A DNA stretch of 64,000 nucleotides from assembly GCA_963666985.2 (NCBI GenBank), contig CAXXIA010000001.1, positions 1,312,001-1,376,000 on the forward strand, in the 5' to 3' direction. Made by a program: the position numbers and the translations under genes. The notes below the pieces were generated by a model, which was not told where the DNA came from, did not search any database, and was given only the letters and a program-made list of their open reading frames with translations. The stretch comes from Spirochaetia bacterium. Lineage in GTDB: Bacteria > Spirochaetota > Spirochaetia > DSM-2461. How positions within the stretch are numbered: position 1 is the stretch's first letter; each line of letters starts with the position of its first letter. Of this stretch, positions 34,490 to 43,157 are shown piece after piece.

Positions 34490-35158
34490 TCAGCTTCTCC
34501 GCTTCAAGTAAGGAATCACTTGATCGAGTTCCAAAGGAGCTCCCGAATAGAGTTCCTGAAACAGGCCATTTAAAAAAGTGTAATCCTCGGGAGTATCAAG
34601 AGTAATGCGCCCTTCGGGAAAGGAATAAACGGACGGAGCGTCTTGAATCTCTATATGAAAGCGTTCCGGCCTTCTATAAAGAAACGGAGCGACATGTTCC
34701 CGCTCATACGGATCAGAGGCCTCCGCATAGGCTTCTTCAAGCCGGCGGACGCGGATAATTTCCACACCGGCTCCTACCGGGATTCCTCTGATACCGGAAT
34801 AAGCGGCGCCGCTCGACTCGGAAATTTTTAACGCGGCATTGGCCATGGCCGGTGAAACAAGCGGATTATCGCCTGTAGCACGAATAATAACGGAAGCTCC
34901 CGTTTCTCTTGCCGCCAAGACAAATCGCGCCAGAACATCGTCCTTGGGACCGACGAAGACATCCCAGCCGCATTCGGCGGCCAATGGACGCAGTTCGTTC
35001 TCGGAATCCTCCGTGGTGAGCAGCATGCGGATATCGCTTTTCACCAAAGACAAAGCGTTCATGGCATGCTCCACGACAGTCTTCCCGGCGAGATCCAGGA
35101 GTGCTTTTCGCGGCAGGCGGGAAGAATCGAGTCTGGCCTGAAGAAAAACAGCCGTCAC
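34490..35158 (-). CDS. SpsF-like cytidylyltransferase
   Basis: GTG 35158; LQARLDSSRLPRKAL, DDVLARF, IIRATGDNP, REHV, ITLDTPED. Confidence 0.88.
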   Translation of the reverse strand: MTAVFLQARLDSSRLPRKALLDLAGKTVVEHAMNALSLVKSDIRMLLTTEDSENELRPLAAECGWDVFVGPKDDVLARFVLAARETGASVIIRATGDNPLVSPAMANAALKISESSGAAYSGIRGIPVGAGVEIIRVRRLEEAYAEASDPYEREHVAPFLYRRPERFHIEIQDAPSVYSFPEGRITLDTPEDYTFLNGLFQELYSGAPLELDQVIPYLKRRS

Positions 35159-35159
35159 T

Positions 35160-36137
35160 TCAGCCTTCCCATTCCCACGTTTCGGCCAGTGAAGCGGCGT
35201 CTCTTTTAAACCGATATCGGTTCTCGTGAACCCAAAACCGGGCGTCTTTCCAGTCCTGTTTGGCCGATGCGGCGGATTCGCCCGAAGAACGCCTGTAGGA
35301 ACGCCAGCTTGATCGCGGAATGATTCCGGCGTCGCCGAGTCTCCTGACGGCAAGATTTCTGAAGAAAAACCGCCTGTACCCCGGGCCCACCGAAGCGTCT
35401 TCCGAAGGCGGCTCTTCGATGTAGCCGACCTTCAGAGACGGATGAACGCGCAGTTCCTCTCCCCAGAGCCAAGCCCTCATTCCGTAATCGATTTTCTGCC
35501 ACCAGCTTTCGGTTATCCGATGATCAAAACCTCCCAGAGCGAGGTGTTTGTCTTTTCTGTAAATGCCGGCGAAATCCCAGGGCGCCAGTGTCGCGGATTC
35601 TCCCGAAACGGCCGAATACGGCCGAACGTCGAAACTTCCGCCCGGTCCGGGCAGAGGTCCCAGGAGAGTCGGCAGCGGATCTCCGGCATTGTCGCGAAAA
35701 GAAGGAACCGTACAGAGACGCTCCTTCTCGCTGACTTTCGCGAAAACCCGGGAAGAGATGCCCGAAGTGTTGATCTGCATATCTCCCCAGAGAACAAAAA
35801 CATGATCTCCGACCGCTTCACGGACGGCCGCATCGATTTTGATTCCGGTATTCACGGACTCCGGAAAAATCAGAAACCGAAGCTGTCCGTATCGGCGGGA
35901 AAGAACTTCGACATCGTGCGGACAGGGAGAGGATTCCACGGAAATCACTTCAAGAGCGCCCAGACGGCAGAGCTCTTCGAAGAAATCCCGCCGGAAGGGA
36001 CGGGATCCTCTGTTGAGAAGGGCGATGGAAAGACCCGAAAGCCCCTTTTTATCCCGATCGATCCTCTCACCTCCGACGACGGTATAAACCCCGCCGTCCG
36101 GCGGTTCCGGATTAGAAATTGAAGGTGTAGTATTCAT
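35160..36137 (-). CDS. Glycosyltransferase family 2-like protein (divergent)
   Basis: GT-A-like pattern (SIALLNR, AVGDHVFVLWGD, LALGGFD, DYGMRAW); overlaps the spiro-SPASM stop. Confidence 0.65.
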   Translation of the reverse strand: MNTTPSISNPEPPDGGVYTVVGGERIDRDKKGLSGLSIALLNRGSRPFRRDFFEELCRLGALEVISVESSPCPHDVEVLSRRYGQLRFLIFPESVNTGIKIDAAVREAVGDHVFVLWGDMQINTSGISSRVFAKVSEKERLCTVPSFRDNAGDPLPTLLGPLPGPGGSFDVRPYSAVSGESATLAPWDFAGIYRKDKHLALGGFDHRITESWWQKIDYGMRAWLWGEELRVHPSLKVGYIEEPPSEDASVGPGYRRFFFRNLAVRRLGDAGIIPRSSWRSYRRSSGESAASAKQDWKDARFWVHENRYRFKRDAASLAETWEWEG

Positions 36138-37674
36138 CACACTGTGCACAGGGATTCGGGAATTCACCGGAAACATGCCGTTCATGCAGCTTCGCTCCGG
36201 CGGACCAAATACGTTCCAAATCATCGGTAAAGACATTCCCCAAACTTTCCATTCGATCCAGCGCATCGATACAAACCGGAACCGTTCCGTCGATAAGCAC
36301 CGGCATATCCCTTTTCAGATGCCAACAGGGAAACCGATTCAGCGGAGAGAGATCCGCCGGCTGTTTTTCGGGCAGATATCCGGCATGCGAATCGTATTTC
36401 TGAATAATCACTCCAACGCCTTCATCATTCCATTTCTTATGAAAATCCTCCAGATGCTCTTCGTTTTCCAGCATGCGGACGGCCTGAACCCAACAATGCT
36501 TTCCGAACAATCCGGCCAATTTGCGCGCCGTATCTTCCGCCTCGCCCTGCCCTTCTCCTCGAAGAGACGTGTAAAGAGCCGGATCGGCGGCATCCAGCGT
36601 GACAATCCAGAGAAGCCGCCCGGCCTCCGTTTCGGATGCAAGTTCTTCCAAAAGCGCCGGATTCCAGCCGATGCCGGAAGTTTCAATCAGAACCTTCGTA
36701 GCCGCCGGAGCATCGGGCAAGTCCCCGCCTTCACCCGCCTCAAGGGCCGATCTGATGATCTTTCCGATTTCCGGATGAGAGGAAGGCTCACCCCAAAGCG
36801 AAGGAACGATAACCGCGTCTCCCGCGAAGTCGACAATTCCGCGGCACAGATCGGAGAAAACGCGAGCATCCATGAATTGCGAATTCCCGCGGGGATCGCC
36901 CTTCCATCGATTGTACGCGGAATAAGAGCAGTTCTGAGGATGATGATCGGTTATCTGTATGGGGAAATAAACGGGGAGACTCCGCAGAAGATTTCTGTTC
37001 GCCGGAATTACCGTGCATAGTGATTCGGCATCCCGGCCGCCGGCCTCATACAGGGATTCGGCGATGCGGACATTGCGCCGGGTATCGCAGGTTATCGAAA
37101 CCCGGTCCATCCTCATGTCTTCGGGCGAAAGCTGGGTTTCCACGTCGAAGGCGTTGATATCCTGCCGAAGCACTTCAAACAGAGTATCCCGCCGCACTTC
37201 GCCGCCGCGTCCGGCGGCCAGGGGAAGAAGTTTCGCGGGCAGGGATGCCGAGAGAATCTCCGGAGCCGTACCCGCGGGGTATCCGTCGGCAAAGGTGTAT
37301 TCGGCATCATATTTATAATGCAGATCCCATAAAGTCCGCGTAACGTCCTTATCGATAAGAGGTGCATCGCCCCATGCGTAAAAGATGGAGTCCGGAGCCG
37401 AATCGCCGCCGGTTGCGCCGTTAACCGTTTCGAGAAGCGCACGGATTAGATTCTCTTCGTTCCAGGTTTCCTTTTTAATGACGCCGACGGATACATCCTG
37501 ATTCCCGATTTCCGGTATTTCGGTTTTCACTCCGGCCAGCAGCACCAATCCGGAAACATCCGGAACCGAAGCGGCCCATTCTACGGCCCGTTCAAACGCC
37601 GATTTCCCGCCGAAAACGGATTTATAGGCCAAAGATGAGAGTCCGGAAATGTAAATAACGGCCAAGTTCCCCAT
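36112..37674 (-). CDS. spiro-SPASM protein (NTP-transferase-like, degenerate radical-SAM-like and SPASM domains)
   Basis: GDAPLID, AEYTFADGYP, DINAFDVET, SLWGEP, PCWHLKRDM, DGTVPVC, CAQCDEYYTFNF. Confidence 0.85.
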   Translation of the reverse strand: MGNLAVIYISGLSSLAYKSVFGGKSAFERAVEWAASVPDVSGLVLLAGVKTEIPEIGNQDVSVGVIKKETWNEENLIRALLETVNGATGGDSAPDSIFYAWGDAPLIDKDVTRTLWDLHYKYDAEYTFADGYPAGTAPEILSASLPAKLLPLAAGRGGEVRRDTLFEVLRQDINAFDVETQLSPEDMRMDRVSITCDTRRNVRIAESLYEAGGRDAESLCTVIPANRNLLRSLPVYFPIQITDHHPQNCSYSAYNRWKGDPRGNSQFMDARVFSDLCRGIVDFAGDAVIVPSLWGEPSSHPEIGKIIRSALEAGEGGDLPDAPAATKVLIETSGIGWNPALLEELASETEAGRLLWIVTLDAADPALYTSLRGEGQGEAEDTARKLAGLFGKHCWVQAVRMLENEEHLEDFHKKWNDEGVGVIIQKYDSHAGYLPEKQPADLSPLNRFPCWHLKRDMPVLIDGTVPVCIDALDRMESLGNVFTDDLERIWSAGAKLHERHVSGEFPNPCAQCDEYYTFNF

Positions 37675-37738
37675 GAATACCACCCCTCGGCAGGGCTTCT
37701 GGTTGACCCCGCCGGTGTTCGACTCCATATTAAACCCG

Positions 37739-38236
37739 ATGGAGATCAATCGGAACCCACCGCTTATTACAGTATGTTTACTCGCGACAGTCGCGCTTTT
37801 CACCCTGTCCTGCGAATCGCAGGAATCGCCGAAACGATATTTAAAGCGTTTGGACTTGGAATACAGAACGGATTCCGAGGGGGATTATCGTATAACAATC
37901 CCTCTTCCGGACGGTGAAGAAAAAGAAGTTGGAATCGGAGCGCGGGGCATTCCGCTCCGGGACGGACAAAGGATTCGCGAAATCTGGTCCGTGGCCGCGA
38001 GAATCCCGGGAGGACTTCCCGAAGGTCTTGCGGAAAGCCTTTTAACCGATACTTGGTCGTCCGCCATGCTCGGTTCATGGGCGCTGGCCGGAGTTACCGA
38101 TGACGGAAGACATGTTCTCGTATACCTTACCCGCCTGCCCATGGATGCCTCTCTGAGTGCTTTTTCATCGGCTCTGAAAGACGCGGCGGCGGCGGCTTCG
38201 GACATGGAAAAGGCTTTGGCGAGCTTAACGGAATAA
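37739..38236 (+). CDS. Hypothetical lipoprotein (possible YbjN/T3SS-chaperone-like fold)
   Basis: Lipobox LFTLSC; directly upstream of xseA. Confidence 0.6.
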   Translation: MEINRNPPLITVCLLATVALFTLSCESQESPKRYLKRLDLEYRTDSEGDYRITIPLPDGEEKEVGIGARGIPLRDGQRIREIWSVAARIPGGLPEGLAESLLTDTWSSAMLGSWALAGVTDDGRHVLVYLTRLPMDASLSAFSSALKDAAAAASDMEKALASLTE

Positions 38237-38239
38237 AAA

Positions 38240-39448
38240 ATGTTCATCGACGAAGGCAGGCCGATTTGGTCGGTTACGGAACTGACTCTTGCCATCAAGG
38301 AGCAGCTGGAAGACTCGTTTCCGCTTCTTCGCGTTGAAGGAGAGGTGTCCAACTGCCGCCCTTCGGGCGCCGGGCATGTCTATTTCACCCTTAAAGACTC
38401 CGGAGCCGTTATATCCGCGGCGCTTTTTCGAGGCAGAGCCGCCAAGGCGGCCGCGATGCCCAAAGACGGGATGCAGGCCGTTATAACGGGAAAAATCGAT
38501 GTGTATCCTCCGCGCGGCTCCTACCAGATTATCGTGGAAGATGTCCGCGAAGCGGGCCGCGGAGCGATTTTGGAGGCGCTTGAACGGCGGAAAAAAGCCT
38601 TGGCGGCCGAAGGACTTTTTTCCGTGGAACGCAAGAAATCCCTTCCGCCCTATCCCAGACGCGTCGCCGTCGTCACATCGCCCACCGGCGCGGCGATCCG
38701 CGACATTCTGCAGGTTCTCTCCCGCAGAACGGCCGCGCCTCATATTACCATTCTTCCCGCCGCGGTTCAGGGTGCCGAAGCGCCGGCGCAGATCGCCGCG
38801 CAGATCCAAAGAGCCGCGGCCTACAATCTCGGCGATGTCCTCATCCTGGCCCGCGGCGGCGGTTCCTTGGAGGATTTGGCCGCGTTTAATGAAGAAATCG
38901 TGGTTCGCTCCGTGGCCGCCTGCCCTCTTCCGCTTATCAGCGGCGTGGGCCATGAAATCGATGTGAGCCTGGCGGATTTGGCCGCGGATGTGAGGGCGGC
39001 CACGCCATCGGCCGCCGCGGAACTGGTCAGCGACCGTTCCGAAGATTTACTCATGAGAGCGCGGGGATTCAGAAGGGAAGCCCTCGCTTCTTTGGAAGGA
39101 CGCCTGGAGTCGCTTCGAAAAGAACTGCGGCCGCTTCTGACCGCCGAACTCTCACGTCTGGCCGCCGGCCGCGTTACCGAAGCGCTCCGCGGAAGTGATG
39201 ATGCCGGGCGCGCCCTTACGGATGCGGCCGCTTCACGAACAGCACTCTTGCGGAAACGGCTGGATCTTGCCCGGCAATCTCTTCACGATTCATCGCCCCA
39301 AGCGGTTATGCGGCGCGGATACGCGCGGGTCAGTGTAAAGGGAAAAACGGTTATTAATGCCGAAATACTCAACTCCGGCGACACCGTCAATGTGTCTTTT
39401 GCCCAAGGAGAGGCCGATGCCGTTGTTACCGATGTCCGAAAAGAATAA
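38240..39448 (+). CDS. xseA: Exodeoxyribonuclease VII large subunit
   Basis: SVTEL, VEGEVSN, GHVYFTLKD, VVTSPTGAAIRD, ARGGGSLEDL, GVGHEID, RGYA. Confidence 0.97.
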   Translation: MFIDEGRPIWSVTELTLAIKEQLEDSFPLLRVEGEVSNCRPSGAGHVYFTLKDSGAVISAALFRGRAAKAAAMPKDGMQAVITGKIDVYPPRGSYQIIVEDVREAGRGAILEALERRKKALAAEGLFSVERKKSLPPYPRRVAVVTSPTGAAIRDILQVLSRRTAAPHITILPAAVQGAEAPAQIAAQIQRAAAYNLGDVLILARGGGSLEDLAAFNEEIVVRSVAACPLPLISGVGHEIDVSLADLAADVRAATPSAAAELVSDRSEDLLMRARGFRREALASLEGRLESLRKELRPLLTAELSRLAAGRVTEALRGSDDAGRALTDAAASRTALLRKRLDLARQSLHDSSPQAVMRRGYARVSVKGKTVINAEILNSGDTVNVSFAQGEADAVVTDVRKE

Positions 39449-39457
39449 GGAGACTCC

Positions 39458-39682
39458 ATGAAAGGATTTGAAGAACGCTTGGCGCGGCTCGAAGAGGTGG
39501 CCGCGAAAATCAGGGATAGAGAGATATCCATAGAAGAAGCCATGGAACTCTTTGACGAAGGCGTGGTGATCTCGAAAGGTCTGGAAGAAGAATTGAAGGG
39601 ATTCGAACGCAAGGTGGAAATCCTGACCAACGAACCGCCGACCGATGGAAGCGGTGAGGCGGAACTGGAGGAATTCAGCTGA
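39458..39682 (+). CDS. xseB: Exodeoxyribonuclease VII small subunit
   Basis: FEERLARLEEV...SIEEAMELFDEG; follows xseA. Confidence 0.93.
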   Translation: MKGFEERLARLEEVAAKIRDREISIEEAMELFDEGVVISKGLEEELKGFERKVEILTNEPPTDGSGEAELEEFS

Positions 39683-39762
39683 CGGCGCCCGGCGGCAGGA
39701 GTCGAACAGCGGCCGTTTCCGCCGATATAATTCCGATTATGAACAAGATGCGGATAGCCGCC

Positions 39763-40293
39763 CTATCGGTATTTCGAGGGAATAATCGCTTTGTCTCCCG
39801 CTTCTATGCCCTTCCTTGCGAACCATCCGCGATTCACCTCCAGCGCATAAAGCACGCTTCTGGCGGAAACCACGGGAGCCAGCGAATACGGCTCCAAATC
39901 CTCAATCTGACGAATCGTACCATCCGCGGCGATAAACGCTATGGAAAGAGGGAGGGACGTATTTTTCATCCAAAAGGACGCCTTTTGCTCCTCTTCGAAG
40001 ACGAAAAGCATACCGCACTCGTCTTTGAGTGATTTTCGATTCATAAGACCCTGACGGCGTGATTCGGAATCGGCGGCCACTTCGACAAGAAGCGTGTGAC
40101 CGGCCACGTCGAGGGACTCTTTAGGAAGGGAACTTCTCCCGCATCCGGAAAAAAAAGCCGCCGACAGCAGCAGCCCAATCACGGCGTATGAAAAAACCGG
40201 GGCAAACAGCTTCCGCTTCGCCGGCACAAAGATCACCTTGGAACAGCGTTCGTCCGCTTTGAGAGCCTCTGTCCTCTTGTTAAAATTCATCAA
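39763..40293 (-). CDS. DUF192-family protein (probable lipoprotein)
   Basis: EVAAD...GLM.R, GMLFVF, FWMKNTSLPLSIAFI, ALEVNRG; start uncertain. Confidence 0.88.
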   Translation of the reverse strand: MMNFNKRTEALKADERCSKVIFVPAKRKLFAPVFSYAVIGLLLSAAFFSGCGRSSLPKESLDVAGHTLLVEVAADSESRRQGLMNRKSLKDECGMLFVFEEEQKASFWMKNTSLPLSIAFIAADGTIRQIEDLEPYSLAPVVSARSVLYALEVNRGWFARKGIEAGDKAIIPSKYR

Positions 40294-40840
40294 GAAATTC
40301 TTCCCTGGCGGATTCTCTCCAGGCGATTCTGTCGGTCCGCCGTTCGACGGACGCGTTAAAAAAGCCGAGGTCGAGATATTTAACCGTCAAAGGACGTTCC
40401 AGGGCAAGCCGTGTCTCTCCGTCTTCCCACCAGGCTTTGTCGGGATTCATGGCCGTGGGATTCCCGTACCGTTCTTCCAAAGTTGTGTAAACCGAAAACC
40501 AGTCTATGGTTTCGGGATTCAGCTCAAGCATGATGGCCGCCAGGGATTCATCCTCGAACTGAAAGAGACCTCTTTCGATGAATAAAGATCCTCCCGAATC
40601 GATAACCGAGGCCCGCGGACGCTTTAGAAGGCTCACATCCGGATCGCCGCGGTAGTCGAACCACGAATCATCGAGGAGTTTTTCCTTCACCTCATCGGGG
40701 CTCATACCCAAGAGGATTCCCCGATACTCCCTGGGGAGAGGACTCTCAGGCGCCTCGGCCGATTCCTGAGCGCCGATTCCCTGCGAAACGGTGAAAGCGA
40801 GAACCGCAGCGAAAAAAATCGAAATCCGTCTGTTTTTCAT
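40280..40840 (-). CDS. Hypothetical exported protein
   Basis: Signal peptide; overlaps the DUF192 gene. Confidence 0.65.
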   Translation of the reverse strand: MKNRRISIFFAAVLAFTVSQGIGAQESAEAPESPLPREYRGILLGMSPDEVKEKLLDDSWFDYRGDPDVSLLKRPRASVIDSGGSLFIERGLFQFEDESLAAIMLELNPETIDWFSVYTTLEERYGNPTAMNPDKAWWEDGETRLALERPLTVKYLDLGFFNASVERRTDRIAWRESAREEFLDEF

Positions 40841-40992
40841 TTTCCCATCACACATCTATACTGACTATCGGCATAAATTTCCCCCGATTTCATGTTCGGC
40901 GCGCATCTATTCGATTCATGCGGCCACGAGGCTCTTTAAAATTCCCTTGTAAAAAGGTTGATGCGAATCCCGTCGGGGCCCATGATGATGAT

Positions 40993-42693
40993 ATGTCCGG
41001 TAAATCGATCGCGATTCCAGTCCTCGTTCTCTGTACGCTCTTTCTTCTCCCCTCCGCATTTCTTTTTTCCCAGTCCGCCGAGAACGCGCTGAATCCCATA
41101 ATAACCGAATACACCTTTGAAAATTATCGGCGTCATCCGAGGATGGAAGAAAAGGACGGAACTCTGGGCCGCGATTTTTCCTGGAAGCCGGGTTTGGAAA
41201 TCATCACCGATATCGACGATGCCGAAATCCGCATCCTGGGCGAAACTGTGGGACGTACACCGTGGGAAGAAAACAATCTTGCATCCGGAGCATACGATGT
41301 AACTCTTCGAAAAACGGGTTACGCCGACATGAAATTCCGGGTTGTCCATAACAGCCGTAAACGGACGGTCGTCATCGCTTCTCTGAAACAAGCTTCGGGA
41401 CGTCTGACGCTGGCGGGACTGCCGCCGGGAGCGGAAGTTCGGCTGGATCATCAGATGATGGAAGGTTCCTCCTTCGAAACCGCCGCCGGGAAACGGATGC
41501 TCGAAATCAGAGCTTTCGGCTGGGAACCCGTATCGAAATCGGTTACGGTGGCTCCCGGAGAAACGACCGAATGGACCTTTATGGGCGTCCGGACCCCTTT
41601 TTCCATCGAGATGGAACGTCCCCGGCCCAATATTCTTCCGCCCGACGATCCTGAGGGTTTCACCTTAAAGTGGAAGGCATCCGCACCCGGGCAGGCAAAA
41701 ATCATTATTACCGATTCAAACGGAAACACTGCCGCGGAGATTCCCATTCTTATCAGCAGTCCTTCCGGATCGATTTCCTGGCCGCCCATGAAGGGCTCGG
41801 CCGATGAAGATTCGCCTGATTCGTCCGATTCACCGGCGGGGATTCGGGAAGGGACGTACTCCGTCCTTATCGAGGGAACCGGCGAGGACGGCGTTGTTTC
41901 TTCCGATGAAGAGTCTTTCGCGGTGGATTCGCGATTTGAACGCCGTGTTTTTCCGGGACGATCGTTTGTTCCCGGATTGAATTACGCCGCCGGCACCGGC
42001 GTTCTTCCTCCCGGTTCTTTCCAGCTTTCCACGGGAACCGCTCTCGTTCTCGGAACGGAGTCATCACTCTCGGAAGAAGGAATCCCGGCCTATTTCTCCT
42101 TTCGTGTTTCACCGGCCGCCCTTTGGGATATCGGAGGACGGTTCGGATTAACAATTCGCGATTCCCGCAAAAATAACAGCCTTGATTTCTCTTTTTTCCT
42201 CGGGTGGAGGATTCCTCTCAACGCAGGTCCGTTCTCGGCGAAAATCGCCCTTCTATTCGCCTACTCGGGCGCTTCTTCCGATTTCGGCCGCATCCCGGAG
42301 ATTTTCAGCGGTCCCCGGCTCCCCGGCCCCTCGCTGATATTTCCCATGGAGCTCTCGCTGGGCGATGTATCGCTGATTCTATCTCCGGCCGCTCACCTGT
42401 TCTTCCTGGGCGACGATTCATCCGAATACCATTTCGCTCCGCCGGCGCGATTTGCCGGTTCGCTGGGCTTCGGAGTCTATTACCAATCCGGGATGTTTCT
42501 TATCGGCGCATCCGGAGCCCTCAGAACCCCCGATATCGGGAGCCGGATGCTTGATTGGAATCTCATGTGCGGCCTAGAAAGCCGAATCGATTTTCCCGGA
42601 CATCGTTCCTTCCTGAACGCCTCCGCCGGTGTTAATCTCCTGGATGCCGACTTCACCGCAGAGATAGGTTTGGAGTTTGGAATAATCCTATAG
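40993..42693 (+). CDS. PEGA-domain protein with Ig-like (FlgD-type) domain and C-terminal predicted beta-barrel
   Basis: Signal peptide; VGRTP...GAYDVTLRKTGY (PEGA); EGTYSVLIEG; amphipathic strands ending IGLEFGIIL. Confidence 0.7.
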   Translation: MSGKSIAIPVLVLCTLFLLPSAFLFSQSAENALNPIITEYTFENYRRHPRMEEKDGTLGRDFSWKPGLEIITDIDDAEIRILGETVGRTPWEENNLASGAYDVTLRKTGYADMKFRVVHNSRKRTVVIASLKQASGRLTLAGLPPGAEVRLDHQMMEGSSFETAAGKRMLEIRAFGWEPVSKSVTVAPGETTEWTFMGVRTPFSIEMERPRPNILPPDDPEGFTLKWKASAPGQAKIIITDSNGNTAAEIPILISSPSGSISWPPMKGSADEDSPDSSDSPAGIREGTYSVLIEGTGEDGVVSSDEESFAVDSRFERRVFPGRSFVPGLNYAAGTGVLPPGSFQLSTGTALVLGTESSLSEEGIPAYFSFRVSPAALWDIGGRFGLTIRDSRKNNSLDFSFFLGWRIPLNAGPFSAKIALLFAYSGASSDFGRIPEIFSGPRLPGPSLIFPMELSLGDVSLILSPAAHLFFLGDDSSEYHFAPPARFAGSLGFGVYYQSGMFLIGASGALRTPDIGSRMLDWNLMCGLESRIDFPGHRSFLNASAGVNLLDADFTAEIGLEFGIIL

Positions 42694-42758
42694 CAGGTCT
42701 TTTCAGATGGGCGATCAACAGCTCATTAGGGATGCATTCGGACTTTTAAAAAACCGGA

Positions 42759-43151
42759 TTATCCTCGAATCCAGAAAAAAAGCGCGGCGGCAAGGCCCAG
42801 CACCACGAGAATGCTCAAGGCCCAATACCGGGATGCGGGCCAGTCGGTACGAAATACGTTTTTTTTACGGCCGGTTTCCTTAGCGCCGCCGCGCACTCTT
42901 GTGCCGCGCCCGCTCGTACCGCTTCCGTTCCCGCCGCTTAAACCGCCGCCGTCGCCGGCCGGCCGCACGGGAATCGCTTTTTCAGCCATGTAGCCGCAAT
43001 CCGGACATCCGTTGGAAAATTCCTCGGACCTTCCTTCCCTTCCGCATCGAGGACAGCGTACGCCGAGAAAACGGCGCCCGCAGGAAGGACACGCTGAGGC
43101 TCCCGATTTCACCTCGGCTCCGCAAGCTTCACAATAAAACGAACCGGACAC
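42759..43151 (-). CDS. Double zinc-ribbon protein with C-terminal TM helix
   Basis: CEAC, CPSC, CPRC, CPDC; Gly-rich linker; C-terminal hydrophobic helix. Confidence 0.8.
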   Translation of the reverse strand: MSGSFYCEACGAEVKSGASACPSCGRRFLGVRCPRCGREGRSEEFSNGCPDCGYMAEKAIPVRPAGDGGGLSGGNGSGTSGRGTRVRGGAKETGRKKNVFRTDWPASRYWALSILVVLGLAAALFFWIRG

Positions 43152-43157
43152 GGTCGA

